A stretch of DNA of 64,000 nt from a virus (IMGVR_UViG_3300045988_143165:3410-67409); one strand, 5' to 3'; shown: positions 35,761-46,262, counted from the stretch's first letter. Translations and numbers: made by a program. The notes: generated from the sequence alone by a model not told the origin.

Positions 35761-37220
35761 TAGAACTTACCTCCGTGCAATGTATTTCTTACTTCCGAAA
35801 GAGAGTATTCTTTTATCATCTTACCATCACTGAATATAGGCTGGAGCATATTATTCTCGTTATACGCCTCTGCCCAGGTATGACCATCTGTAAATGTGAG
35901 GTCTGAATTTACAATACAACAACCTTTTTGTGATTTCTTAAATCCACCGTCTTTTGGATTCTTAAAAATCGGCACAGATTTTCCGTTAATCTCACAATAT
36001 GTTGCTTTAATGCAAGAACTAAAGGTATCACGGGTAAAAGGCTTTAGAATACCATCTTCCTCAATGCACTGGAATGAGAAAGAACCAACTCCAAGCGCAA
36101 CGTTTGAGCAAGCAAAACCATTCTGCATAAGGATTTCATAGATTTGCTCACATCTCTGTACCGTAATACTATCACCATAAATAGCCTTAACGTGTGGGTC
36201 AAGTACTTTATATCCCTTGCTGTTTACTGTTCCGCCAAAAATATCCCACAGTTTGAATACTGTCCTTGTAACAACCTCAACACAATCACCGGAATCTCCA
36301 CGCATAAGCATACAACCATTGTGTGACATAATTTCAGGTTTTAATTCAGGAAGAACATTATCAATTATGTTCCAGTAATCATATGAATCAAGCACAGCGG
36401 AAAACGAATTATTGGGATAAATTTCCGCTAAAAGTCTGCGAAGAAGCGTAATTTCATCACCATCGACTGCATAATTACTACACATAACTGAATGCTCTGT
36501 GCTGGGTGAACCAAATGCCACAGGTTCTTTTGTGCAATCGCAATTATACATTGCCTCAAGATAGGGAACTGTCGGAACGGTTGCAGTATTCAAAAATGAC
36601 ATACACCAACCTGCACCAGCTTTAATTGCTGATTCTGTGCATTCCTCGCCTCTGAAATCAAATGCTCCGAGTGCTTTTGACTTTGGAACATCATCATCAC
36701 AAGTCAGGTCGTAATATTTATTTACAATCTGACGATATGTATATCCGACTGTTGCAGCCAACATAGGATGCCAGCTTTCAGCAGAAATAAGGCTTTCAAG
36801 AGCTTGTGGAAGCCAAGCGAAATCAGAATGTGTATTTGTAATTCCAAACATCGGAACGTGCATCGGTACAAGTGTTCCTTCAGGAAGTGCCACAATCTTA
36901 ATCGGAAGATAGCCGAGTTTGTGAAGTTCTTCAATCTTCTTAATACCGTAAACATTCTCTCCAAGAGAAGCATCCATAATTCTCTTATAATTTGCGATAA
37001 CCTCGTCAAAAGGTTTATTGAAAAATTCTTCGTTGAAATAATCAATAAGGTATGTTTTTATAAAACCCTGCAACCCAAACATAACAACCTTATCCCATCT
37101 CTTAACTCTCGTCATTCTCGGAGTAAAATAAGATACTGATTTTGTGATTCCTTTGGGCAACATTTCTGCGTGTACTGCCTTATAAAAATCAATAAGCAAC
37201 ATAGGATTTATCTTTCTCAT
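35760..37220 (-). CDS. nadV: nicotinamide phosphoribosyltransferase (NAMPT/NadV family)
   Basis: Aligns with human NAMPT along its length (IDFYKAVH/TDSYKVTH, LPIKIVALPEG, VLDSYDYWN/VSDSYDIYN, LMRGDSGD/IIRPDSGN, NSKGYKVL). RBS taaGGAGaattgaaATG at MRKINP. Confidence 0.85.
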   Translation of the reverse strand: MRKINPMLLIDFYKAVHAEMLPKGITKSVSYFTPRMTRVKRWDKVVMFGLQGFIKTYLIDYFNEEFFNKPFDEVIANYKRIMDASLGENVYGIKKIEELHKLGYLPIKIVALPEGTLVPMHVPMFGITNTHSDFAWLPQALESLISAESWHPMLAATVGYTYRQIVNKYYDLTCDDDVPKSKALGAFDFRGEECTESAIKAGAGWCMSFLNTATVPTVPYLEAMYNCDCTKEPVAFGSPSTEHSVMCSNYAVDGDEITLLRRLLAEIYPNNSFSAVLDSYDYWNIIDNVLPELKPEIMSHNGCMLMRGDSGDCVEVVTRTVFKLWDIFGGTVNSKGYKVLDPHVKAIYGDSITVQRCEQIYEILMQNGFACSNVALGVGSFSFQCIEEDGILKPFTRDTFSSCIKATYCEINGKSVPIFKNPKDGGFKKSQKGCCIVNSDLTFTDGHTWAEAYNENNMLQPIFSDGKMIKEYSLSEVRNTLHGGKF

Positions 37221-37231
37221 TTCAATTCTCC

Positions 37232-38368
37232 TTATACTGCATAATGAATGTTCTTGGTAGGACATCTTGAAAAACTCAAATATTCAACCTCTGTTGACCT
37301 TGCACAATCAACAACCTCTTTACAATCATCATCCTGTGAATATTTGATTTGAATATTTTCAGGACTAATACAATAGAGAAGTTTTTCAACATTATATTCT
37401 GCATCCGATACATTGAAATCAACTCTTACAAAATCATTACCTTTCTTATCTTCAAGCCATAAATAATCTTCATAATCTCCGAACATATCCAAACCGTAGT
37501 TTTTGTGCTGTGCTGTGAGTCCATTCTTATAATGAAGAACAATATTATATCTTAAATAATTATTAAGATTTACAATGTTCAAATCTTTAATAGCTTCCTT
37601 AAATGAAATTCCTGTGTTAATTTCAAATGCGATAGCTCTTAAACAGTCATAATTCAAATTTACTTTTCTTGAAAAAGCGATAATAGAATCAATCTCACCG
37701 TAATACTGTTCATCAAGTTTATCAATAAGATATTCCCGAACTTCCGTTGGTGTCGGATAATCAAATCTGAAATGATAATGAAATCTTCCCGGTCTGTTTA
37801 TTAGATAATTGTTTAACTTACCGAGGTCATTACAAGTAATAACAAACAATTTTTTGCCACCAGAAACACCATCAAATAAGCTCAAAAGATTTGCCTGTGG
37901 AGAAGCCTCTCCATCTCCTGCCTTTACTTCTCCAAATGTCTTATCGAACTCATCAAACAAAACCATAACCTCTTGGTCAATGCTTTCAATATATGATGCA
38001 ATGCCAGGAATATACCTATCTACAACAATAAGTGGAATATCTTTCTTCTGTGCTTCAATAGATAATAGCCTTGCAAATAAAGATTTGCCAATACCCTTAT
38101 CTCCACTTAAAATAACGCCAAGATTTCTGTTAAATTTGTCAAATGAGTTCAAAACCTTATTTACTTTTTCGATATGTACTCCGTAAACTTTATCTTCTTT
38201 TACTTCAATATCGACATACTTTTCAAGATAAAATCCCTTAAATTGACTAAATCTCACAACATAACTTTGTGTTGGAAATTTTTCATATGTTTTTAATGTA
38301 TCATCAAAAACCTCATATGAATTTCCAGAACTAATAACCTTCACTTTATTTTTCCCCCTAATCAACAT
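37232..38368 (-). CDS. AAA+ ATPase
   Basis: Walker A GDKGIGKS, Walker B VLFDEFD, sensor ITCN, RPGRF arginine-finger region. Embedded between nadV and prs. Confidence 0.6.
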   Translation of the reverse strand: MLIRGKNKVKVISSGNSYEVFDDTLKTYEKFPTQSYVVRFSQFKGFYLEKYVDIEVKEDKVYGVHIEKVNKVLNSFDKFNRNLGVILSGDKGIGKSLFARLLSIEAQKKDIPLIVVDRYIPGIASYIESIDQEVMVLFDEFDKTFGEVKAGDGEASPQANLLSLFDGVSGGKKLFVITCNDLGKLNNYLINRPGRFHYHFRFDYPTPTEVREYLIDKLDEQYYGEIDSIIAFSRKVNLNYDCLRAIAFEINTGISFKEAIKDLNIVNLNNYLRYNIVLHYKNGLTAQHKNYGLDMFGDYEDYLWLEDKKGNDFVRVDFNVSDAEYNVEKLLYCISPENIQIKYSQDDDCKEVVDCARSTEVEYLSFSRCPTKNIHYAV

Positions 38369-39261
38369 AAAATTAACTGGTCAATGCCCGAAAGCAATTC
38401 GGACAATTCTCTTGCAATTTCTGCTTGATATTCAAATACCTGTATCTTATCTGATAAGCCAAGAGAATTTGCATACTCTTTAACTTTATCAGTAAAAATA
38501 CTATTAGTAGTAAATACCTTTTTAATCAAACCACTTTTGAAAATTTCTCCATCAAAGATAGTTTTCTCGCAATGTGATATGTAAAGATATACATTCTTTG
38601 CACCGAGTTCTTTTAATTTCTTTGCTGAAAAATAGAATGTACCACCTCGGCTACTGATGTCATCAACAATGATAATATTGCTGTCATTGATTAAATCTTT
38701 TGCACCTGAAACATCAAGTCCTTCGATTTTTCCTGTTTCCCAATTACGCTTTTTAATTCCAAAAGCATAAGGCATATCGAGCATACCGGAATATCTTTTC
38801 ATTGCTCCTTCGTCTGGATAAAAAGCAATAAGAGGTTCATCATTGATTTCGTTTTTAATTTCCTTTATTACCTTTTCGATATAAGGTTTAGGGCTTTCAA
38901 CTTCGATATTGTTAATTAGAGCCTCACTGACAGATGAATGTGGGTCAAGAACAACAACCTTATCAAAATTAAGATTATTGATAAACTCTGCAAAATACTT
39001 TAATGTAAATACATCATTTTCGCTCTTTACCCTATCCTGTCTGGCATTTGGAATGTAAGGCATAACAAGATTTACTTTGTTAGCTCCAATTCTCCTTACG
39101 TGATTTGCAAGGAACATTATGGCAATCATTTCCTCATTGCTTTCAAAATGCCAACAAATAGTAACTGTATGATTGAAAATAAATTCAACATTAGGATTGA
39201 GTCTTAATGTTTCATCGGGAAACTTATTTATTGTTATTTTTTTTCCGTTAATTAAAATCAT
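38362..39261 (-). CDS. prs: ribose-phosphate pyrophosphokinase family (PRPP synthetase, or an ADP-ribose pyrophosphokinase Adps-like enzyme)
   Basis: MPYIPNARQDR (compare PYFGYARQDR) and IIVDDISSRGGT (PRPP-binding loop). Confidence 0.75.
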   Translation of the reverse strand: MILINGKKITINKFPDETLRLNPNVEFIFNHTVTICWHFESNEEMIAIMFLANHVRRIGANKVNLVMPYIPNARQDRVKSENDVFTLKYFAEFINNLNFDKVVVLDPHSSVSEALINNIEVESPKPYIEKVIKEIKNEINDEPLIAFYPDEGAMKRYSGMLDMPYAFGIKKRNWETGKIEGLDVSGAKDLINDSNIIIVDDISSRGGTFYFSAKKLKELGAKNVYLYISHCEKTIFDGEIFKSGLIKKVFTTNSIFTDKVKEYANSLGLSDKIQVFEYQAEIARELSELLSGIDQLILC

Positions 39262-39263
39262 AA

Positions 39264-39791
39264 TTATTCTCCTATAATATCAATCTGACACATCTTCATA
39301 GTAAGAAGTGCTGCCTTATGGCTTTCAGGTGTAACACCGGCACAGCAAGATACATCAACTGCAATGTGAATTTCTGGATAATTCGCTTTCAATAAAAGCG
39401 CATTGGAAACCACACATATATCTGTGCAAAGTCCGACCAATTCGATATATTCAATATTTTCTCCACAAATAAGTTCGGGAAGTGCCGTACTTCCAAATGT
39501 TCTTTTCTGCACATACAATATACTATCTTTACTTTCAAATAGAGCTTTTTGAACCCTCGTATTGATTCTATGACCATAGGTATTTTTAATACAATGCTCT
39601 ACCGGTAAACACTTACCTTCATTCGTATTCAAATAATCATCGCTGTGGGTATCAAGTGTAGCGATAATATCACCATCCCAATTATTGATTTTTTCAATGA
39701 CATTAGGAATAATTGCGACAGCTTCCGGAGTTCCAAGAGAGCCGTCAACAAAATCATTCTGCATATCGACTACAATCAAAAGTTTTTTCAT
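39264..39791 (-). CDS. pncA: nicotinamidase / isochorismatase-family hydrolase
   Basis: VVDMQNDF N-terminus, metal-site LDTHSDDY..PVEHCIKNTYGH and catalytic Cys in LVGLCTDICV, matching the PncA signature. Confidence 0.7.
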   Translation of the reverse strand: MKKLLIVVDMQNDFVDGSLGTPEAVAIIPNVIEKINNWDGDIIATLDTHSDDYLNTNEGKCLPVEHCIKNTYGHRINTRVQKALFESKDSILYVQKRTFGSTALPELICGENIEYIELVGLCTDICVVSNALLLKANYPEIHIAVDVSCCAGVTPESHKAALLTMKMCQIDIIGE

Positions 39792-39855
39792 ATAAATTCT
39801 CCTTTCGCGTACTATATATTGTATTTACAATTTCATTTCACCTAACTCTTGTGTA

Positions 39856-40059
39856 TCAGGGTCTCCTGCTCCGCCCAAAGCATACTTCCTCTAAACTCAT
39901 AAGAAAAAGTTCGTGTTCCACTGCTGAATCAATATCAGAATGATTCCAAAGATTTCCGTCACTGGTTTGCCAAGTAGCTTCAATCAATTTCATTCTATCT
40001 TTCGCTTTGTTCTTCTTTGTTTTAGAAATATAATCTTTATTGTTAATAGGAAAATCCAT
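39856..40059 (-). CDS. hypothetical protein
   Basis: Small ORF. Confidence 0.3.
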   Translation of the reverse strand: MDFPINNKDYISKTKKNKAKDRMKLIEATWQTSDGNLWNHSDIDSAVEHELFLMSLEEVCFGRSRRP

Positions 40060-40300
40060 CGGAACTAACTGGGATAGCTTAATTTTCTACCATCCATTAT
40101 TTGTTTTAGTATATTGAGAAGTAGAGAATATAGTTGCTATATTTTCCGAAGGGTCAATAGCATATACTCTTACAGTTTCGCCAGTCTTTCGCAATCGCAT
40201 TTCTTCATATAACATTTTATCGTTCTCTTTCTATATATAGTGTTTAACTTTTTACATAATTACTATATATTGTAGTAATTATGGCAATAAAAGACGGGTT

Positions 40301-40954
40301 TTATTCACATTCTTCCGAAGTAAGAGCTTCATATTCGGCAAGAAGTGCTGCAACATCAGGAATATTCTGTGCGATAGTCTTATAAAGAATTAAATCCTGA
40401 TTTTCCTTTACGGCTTTATCAAGTTTCTTCTTAATTTCCACTTTTTGCTTCCTGATTGCCTTTCTCTTTTCAAAAGGTGCAAAATCACATTTGCAAACAA
40501 TTTCTTTTGTTACTGATTTGCCATATTCTTCCTGTGTCATAATTCCGACAACCTTTGCTATATTATAACTATTGTCAAAATCACACAGAACAATGTCACC
40601 TTCCTTGATTTCATCATCAAATAATGCAAAGCCATATTTCCTATTTGTGTTATAACCCTGAATAAAATTAACTGTTGCAATTTTGAAATTTCCTGTGAGT
40701 GCCATAATCTGTTCTCCTTTATATTTTTCTATTAACGTTAATGAAAGTTCATTATAATTTCTCGAATATCCACAGTCGAGATGGACTACTACCACATTGT
40801 TATAACAGTTACAATAACCAGTTACAGTTCCAATTTTGCCAGAAGTTAAACAGCCACTTGTTACTTTAACCCTATCTCCTGTTGAGTATTTTCTTTCTGT
40901 TGTCATATTTATACTCCAATTAAAACCTAAATCGGTTTGTATTATATTTTTCAA
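40301..40954 (-). CDS. hypothetical protein
   Basis: 217-aa ORF. Confidence 0.4.
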   Translation of the reverse strand: MKNIIQTDLGFNWSINMTTERKYSTGDRVKVTSGCLTSGKIGTVTGYCNCYNNVVVVHLDCGYSRNYNELSLTLIEKYKGEQIMALTGNFKIATVNFIQGYNTNRKYGFALFDDEIKEGDIVLCDFDNSYNIAKVVGIMTQEEYGKSVTKEIVCKCDFAPFEKRKAIRKQKVEIKKKLDKAVKENQDLILYKTIAQNIPDVAALLAEYEALTSEECE

Positions 40955-41026
40955 TTATGTATTCTTTATTTCTCCACACCCTGCGGAAGATTATAAATTC
41001 TCGGCTTATTATAGTAAAGCCATAAC

Positions 41027-41671
41027 TTAATTTTCTTTTTCATTCTGATTTCTTTCGTTCCCTCTGAACAATTCCGGGAATGCTCTTGGTCTATAACATT
41101 TATTTTGAATATCTGCTATTGTAGTTGACAGAGCCTCGAGAGACGATTTATCAAATTTACATTGCTTTATCAAATTTAATACTGCAATTTCATTTTTATA
41201 TTTTCTTCTCTGCTGCAAAGTATTTTGCAACATTTTGAAACACATCCACCCTTGATAGCAGTTGAATTTTCCAAATTCTATGTAATGTTGAATATCAACA
41301 ATTTCTTTGTCGATTTCACTTAACTTGGCTACGAGTTCATCTTTCCTTGTATCAGAACCAGATAATACATTCATAATTGTATTAACTTTTTCACGCCAAT
41401 CATCAATATTGCCATCATCAATGGCACGAAAACAAAGTTCCTTTTGTTTACTCATATCGTCTTTCTCGATAATGTTTTCTGTGTCAATAAGTTGCACGGC
41501 ATAATTATTTCTAATTGACTTTGCTAATGAGTTATTCAAAACAGAATGAGCTTTTACTTGGCTATCCCATTGTTGTGCCTGTTTAAAACTTCGGACAGGT
41601 ACATATCTTCCTGTTAAATTGTCTTTTCGGATATAGTTTCCTTGCCCATCTGTTAAGACATAAACACCCAT
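41027..41671 (-). CDS. hypothetical protein
   Basis: ORF with RBS aggag upstream. A promoter-like element lies upstream. Confidence 0.4.
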   Translation of the reverse strand: MGVYVLTDGQGNYIRKDNLTGRYVPVRSFKQAQQWDSQVKAHSVLNNSLAKSIRNNYAVQLIDTENIIEKDDMSKQKELCFRAIDDGNIDDWREKVNTIMNVLSGSDTRKDELVAKLSEIDKEIVDIQHYIEFGKFNCYQGWMCFKMLQNTLQQRRKYKNEIAVLNLIKQCKFDKSSLEALSTTIADIQNKCYRPRAFPELFRGNERNQNEKEN

Positions 41672-41768
41672 TTTAATCTCCTGCTTTCTTGATATTGTAT
41701 TTAGTGTTTCTCAATATTATTTCTAAAAGGATTTTTATATAGGCTGCCGAAACAGCCTATATTTCCTG

Positions 41769-42758
41769 TTAATCAACTTTTACAAAAGGTCTTAAAAATC
41801 TTTTAAGGTGTGAAATATTATCAACCTTTACTCCATAATCTCTGGCGCAATTCATCAATTTTGTTACATCATCTGAATTACGGAATGAAAGCAACATTCT
41901 ATTAGTTTCTTCTTCGCCGTACTTTTTAACGATTGAATCATAAAAACCGAGCCAATAGAGAATGCTAAAGTTAATTTTGGTATTATATGGCTGATTAACA
42001 TATACAGAAATCTGTCTGTTAATCATATTACATATAGACCTTATATCTCTATCGTCAAATTCGGCAAGTTGTTTTTCTTGAACAATAAACTTAAAATATC
42101 CGCCTCTATATGTTGTTAAGTAGTATGTTCTCCATTCGACTAATTCATCAATGCCTTCAAATTTTTGTAATAATTCATAGCATCTATCTGTAAGCTGAAC
42201 TGTTCTGCCTGTCATTGCAACAGTCCTGTTTCTATGATTGATTGCACTACCTTTGAATGTAGCAATTTCTTCGGCATTTTCAAATCCTGAATAATACAGC
42301 AACATTATAAGTTCAACATAGTCCGCTCTATCTTCGGTTGTATCATTATGAACTTTATTTATAATACTTTGAACATAATCAAAACGAAGAGTTTCTTTGC
42401 CTTGTGCCAATCTTTTAGTTGCTTCTTTGCCTTTCATTCTTTTATCATATAAAGGATTCTTGATAGGCTCAACCGTATCAATGTAGAAGTTGAAGATTGC
42501 TCGCAATAATACGGTTAAATGGTCGAATGAATAATGAGCCGTCATAAAAGGTATATCCTTACCATTTTTCTTATTGTTAAGCTCGTTAATCAATCCAAAC
42601 AAATCATCAACATCCATATCAATAAGTTCTTTGCCGATTTTTTCCTCATAATCATATAATTCAGTCTTATCAATAATTGCTCTTTGCTTTTCTGCCGGAG
42701 TTCCTTCAATGCTTTTGAAGTATCTGCTTATTAACTGTTTAGTAGAAATTTTGCCCAT
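41769..42758 (-). CDS. hypothetical protein
   Basis: 329-aa ORF. Confidence 0.4.
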   Translation of the reverse strand: MGKISTKQLISRYFKSIEGTPAEKQRAIIDKTELYDYEEKIGKELIDMDVDDLFGLINELNNKKNGKDIPFMTAHYSFDHLTVLLRAIFNFYIDTVEPIKNPLYDKRMKGKEATKRLAQGKETLRFDYVQSIINKVHNDTTEDRADYVELIMLLYYSGFENAEEIATFKGSAINHRNRTVAMTGRTVQLTDRCYELLQKFEGIDELVEWRTYYLTTYRGGYFKFIVQEKQLAEFDDRDIRSICNMINRQISVYVNQPYNTKINFSILYWLGFYDSIVKKYGEEETNRMLLSFRNSDDVTKLMNCARDYGVKVDNISHLKRFLRPFVKVD

Positions 42759-42837
42759 AATTACACACCTCTTAATATTATGACAATTTAATTATAGCAA
42801 GTTAAGAGTTATCTGTCAAGACTTTTCAATAGTGTTT

Positions 42838-43233
42838 TTAAACTGTTACCAGCACAGGAAATTGAATAGCGATAGCATTACTAATATTACATAATGTTTC
42901 TTTATCGCTTACTTTTCCAATACATTTATCAAGACATTCAATAGTAATTGTTGTAATCTGTTCTACAAGCAATGTACTCGGTGTCTTGAGTCCATACTTT
43001 TGATAACTCCACAACTCAACGTGTACCGGCAACTTTCTTTTATTCATTTTAGAAGTCAACGGAATTATGTTAAGTGTAGTGCTATATGTATTGTTTTTGT
43101 CATTAGAGAGAATAAAAACAGGTCTATATCCACTCTGAATACTACCATCTTTAGAAGTCAGATAGCACATCCAAATTTCGCCGCAGCGTGGGTATTCATT
43201 TAAGTTAGTCTTATTAAGCATAATCCATACCAC
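42838..43233 (-). CDS. MazF/PemK-like toxin endoribonuclease (solitary)
   Basis: YPRCGEIWMCYL...GYRPVFILSN...LNIIPLTSK matches the PemK/MazF fold signature. No antitoxin ORF of 60 aa or more lies adjacent. Confidence 0.5.
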   Translation of the reverse strand: MVWIMLNKTNLNEYPRCGEIWMCYLTSKDGSIQSGYRPVFILSNDKNNTYSTTLNIIPLTSKMNKRKLPVHVELWSYQKYGLKTPSTLLVEQITTITIECLDKCIGKVSDKETLCNISNAIAIQFPVLVTV

Positions 43234-43344
43234 CTTATGGCTTTAATATGTAACTTCATAGGCTGGATTAACTTTATTATAATATGTGTGTAATTATGTG
43301 TGGACTTATAATTCCTATCTTTTAATGCTCCTTCCAGCCCATAA

Positions 43345-43430
43345 ATTATAGTAAATCTGTTACTATAATGATTGTAACATAAGGTGTGTTGTTTGTCAAT
43401 AGTTTTCTCAATATTATTTCTAAAATTAAG
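43345..43430 (-). promoter_or_regulatory. consensus promoter plus palindromic operator (P3)
   Basis: Minus sense: TTAGAAATAATATTGAGAAAACTA, TTGACA, 17 nt, TACAAT, then TAGTAACAGATTTACTA downstream. Confidence 0.5.
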
Positions 43431-43830
43431 AAATATTTTTTATATACTTCTGCTCCAGTAAAATGGGATTATTACTTTTACCAAGTTTAATTGTTTCACT
43501 TTTGTTTATATCATATTGATATATGAAGAAATTATCAACGGTAAGTTCTTTTTTAGTGATGAAATATACAATGTCTGTTCTTGTCTTATAAGTTACACAG
43601 ATTTCCTCTGTCTTTGGAATGTCAACAGGGTATATGCTCCAAGTTTCCTTTGACTTATCGGAATATATAATCTCACACCAATCACCACCACGATTGCCAG
43701 ATACCTTATCAATAGAATTTTTACGAACTTCATCGTATTCATTCCACATAAGGTTTTGAGCTTCTTTATTAACTGCGAAATGTCTTGATATTTCATTATT
43801 CACAGTCTTATGAATAAGAATATAAATCAT
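43426..43830 (-). CDS. hypothetical protein
   Basis: ORF. Confidence 0.35.
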   Translation of the reverse strand: MIYILIHKTVNNEISRHFAVNKEAQNLMWNEYDEVRKNSIDKVSGNRGGDWCEIIYSDKSKETWSIYPVDIPKTEEICVTYKTRTDIVYFITKKELTVDNFFIYQYDINKSETIKLGKSNNPILLEQKYIKNIS

Positions 43831-43832
43831 AT

Positions 43833-44039
43833 TTACACCTCATCCCATAAAATTTCCAAACCCTTTAATAGAATTTCATCAGAACAATAGAATATATCTC
43901 CTTGAGTCCATCCACCCTTTGCTGCTGCATTAACCATTATTTGCCCTATGCGGAGTTCCGGGCAAGCATTACATATACATCCGAGATATTCTCTAATTTG
44001 GGCTTTAACTTCGTGATTTTCATAATCATTTTTATCCAT
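43833..44039 (-). CDS. hypothetical protein
   Basis: Small ORF. Confidence 0.3.
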   Translation of the reverse strand: MDKNDYENHEVKAQIREYLGCICNACPELRIGQIMVNAAAKGGWTQGDIFYCSDEILLKGLEILWDEV

Positions 44040-44992
44040 TACTTTGCCACTCCTTCAATCATACCGATAATTTTGTTGATTGCATCAATGTGAATAACAG
44101 GGTCGGTGTTATCTGCATTTTCTGCTCCGGCTTTATATGCCTCTTTGATAATATCTCTCAAAGAATTAGTATCAATACTTACTACGGGCTGCTCTGCAAC
44201 TTCCATATATGTTTTATCACCTGTGACATAATCATCAAAAAATGAACCCATATCATCATAGTAGGTGTCAATCTTCTTCTTTGTTAATCCGATATAGTGG
44301 TTTGTTGTTTTGGTATCGCTATGATTATAGATAGTCTGAAGGAGTTCCATACTATCATAATCATTTGGATGCAACATCCTACTAATCATACCAAAAGTTT
44401 TACGAGGACTATGAGTTCCAATGTTATACTCAATACCAACTTGAACAGCAGCCTTTTTCAAGCCTTTACGGTAGCCATCATCAGTAATAACTCTACCTTT
44501 ATAGTTTCCGCTGGTCTGCACAAAAACATAATTCTTATAATTGTTTTCGGCAGGATTGATACCTGTTTTTTCAATATAAAGCAGAATTGCTTTTTTACAA
44601 GCTGAATTGATATGAGGATTTGCGAGCTTGTCGGTCTTGTCCTCTACGATTTCAAGCAAGTCATTTCTCATCGCACCAGTTGTCGGATTAAAGAAATGCT
44701 CCCAAGTCAAAGTAAGTGTATCACCAATACGGCGAGCCATATTACAGGACAAAACGAAAATTAAATAATGTTGCCACATTTCATTTTGATAAAAGAAATC
44801 TATTAACTTCTTAATATCAGGAATTTCAATAGCATAAACTTCTGATTTCTTGCCTTTCTTTTTGTTGCACACAATATTTTTTGGTGTTCCATCTTTCTTT
44901 AATTTCGTTGCTTTATCCTGTTGAGGAAATTCAATAATATCAATTCCGACTTCCTGGAATAATGGTGTGATTTTTACTGTGTTTGTATTCAT
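44039..44992 (-). CDS. int: tyrosine-type site-specific recombinase (phage integrase)
   Basis: RIGDTLTLTWEHF (box I Arg), GTHSPRKTFG (H-x-x-R) and LLQTIYNHSDTKTTNHYI (catalytic Tyr region). RBS caGGAGGtagtgaaataATG. Confidence 0.7.
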   Translation of the reverse strand: MNTNTVKITPLFQEVGIDIIEFPQQDKATKLKKDGTPKNIVCNKKKGKKSEVYAIEIPDIKKLIDFFYQNEMWQHYLIFVLSCNMARRIGDTLTLTWEHFFNPTTGAMRNDLLEIVEDKTDKLANPHINSACKKAILLYIEKTGINPAENNYKNYVFVQTSGNYKGRVITDDGYRKGLKKAAVQVGIEYNIGTHSPRKTFGMISRMLHPNDYDSMELLQTIYNHSDTKTTNHYIGLTKKKIDTYYDDMGSFFDDYVTGDKTYMEVAEQPVVSIDTNSLRDIIKEAYKAGAENADNTDPVIHIDAINKIIGMIEGVAK

Positions 44993-45009
44993 TATTTCAC
45001 TACCTCCTG

Positions 45010-45100
45010 TGTAGTAAATCATTTACTATGGATAGTATATCATATGTATGCCAGAATGTCAATAATATTTTTGAATTTTCTCAATATTATTTTTAATCCC
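45010..45100 (-). promoter_or_regulatory. consensus promoter plus palindromic operator (P4)
   Basis: Minus sense: AAAAATAATATTGAGAAAATTC.., TTGACA, 17 nt, TATACT, then TAGTAAATGATTTACTA. Confidence 0.55.
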
Positions 45101-45130
45101 AAAATAACGGATTTGTTTTCATCTGTCCTC

Positions 45131-45499
45131 TCATTTCTTGTGGCTTACCCAGGGTAAATCTTCTTTTGCCCAATCCTTTTTAGCGTAATGTGCCATACAC
45201 TTCTTACACAATCCATAAGTTCTATCCCACGGAATTGTTTTAAGATAAGAACCACAGCAATCACAATAATCTCCGGTGCTTTCTCTTTCGCACAATTCTT
45301 TTAGTTCTCTACATCTTTTATCTCCTGTTCTGATACCCTCGAATTTCGGAATTAAATCACTGTCGTTTTTGGTAATAGCCACTTTTGACATATCCCACGG
45401 TAAACCATATATATGTTTTATTATAAAGTTAAATTGAAGTGACACAGATTCCCGACTAAACATCTCATTTGATGTTAAGTCTATATTTGATTTCATCAT
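45131..45499 (-). CDS. Cys-rich hypothetical protein
   Basis: CDCCGS...CKKCM motifs. Confidence 0.35.
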   Translation of the reverse strand: MMKSNIDLTSNEMFSRESVSLQFNFIIKHIYGLPWDMSKVAITKNDSDLIPKFEGIRTGDKRCRELKELCERESTGDYCDCCGSYLKTIPWDRTYGLCKKCMAHYAKKDWAKEDLPWVSHKK

Positions 45500-46248
45500 T
45501 TCTTTTTCCTATCAAGAAAGTTCTTAATGCTTGCAAAGAAACTTTTCTTTTTCTGTTCCTCAACAACAAATCTTGAATTGACTTTTTTAATGCTGTTCAA
45601 CTGTGCTTTTAATTCTTCAATATCTGTTGGTGTTTTAATAGTATGAACAATGTTTCTCTTACCTACTCGTTCAGTCTCATTGACCATCTTATCAAGTGTA
45701 AGGTCGCAATATTCATCAACCCAATCACCAAGATAATAAAAACGGTCAATAACACTTCTCGTTTCGGCATTCTGAAATGTTCCAAATAAAATAGGGTCTT
45801 TTCTTCTACGTTCTTCTGTTACCTTTCGTTCAATCCTGCCAGTATAATCAGTAAACACTATATAAAGCTGGTCGAATTTATCTTTCACCTGCGAAATAAT
45901 TTCAACAATCTCATCAGGAATTTCTCTCTCATAACTTTGAATATCAATAATTTTGACAACATCAGAGGCAACTTCATTGATATAGAACTCAATATCATCA
46001 CGATATACAAATGTATCAATACCCATTGAAACAATCTCTCTTTCTTTCTCAATGCAATTAAGATGAAATAAGAGTTTTTCCATACCTCTCTGCTGACCTG
46101 TTATATTATATTTATTAAGAAGTTCAAGACAATTATCATATACCGATTTTAATTGTTTATCGGTAATTTTCCTTTTCCTCTCTTTTACAATATCAAAATA
46201 CTCCTGCGGAGACATTTTGTTTTCTTCAACCGTTATATTTTCAGTCAT
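45496..46248 (-). CDS. hypothetical protein
   Basis: 250-aa ORF. Confidence 0.4.
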   Translation of the reverse strand: MTENITVEENKMSPQEYFDIVKERKRKITDKQLKSVYDNCLELLNKYNITGQQRGMEKLLFHLNCIEKEREIVSMGIDTFVYRDDIEFYINEVASDVVKIIDIQSYEREIPDEIVEIISQVKDKFDQLYIVFTDYTGRIERKVTEERRRKDPILFGTFQNAETRSVIDRFYYLGDWVDEYCDLTLDKMVNETERVGKRNIVHTIKTPTDIEELKAQLNSIKKVNSRFVVEEQKKKSFFASIKNFLDRKKK

Positions 46249-46262
46249 TATGATTACCTCTT

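Noticed and set aside
43833-44039. MazG/MazZ-like pyrophosphohydrolase to accompany the PurZ candidate
   Set aside because: The 68-aa ORF has no convincing EExxE MazG motifs. No HD-domain DatZ candidate was found either.
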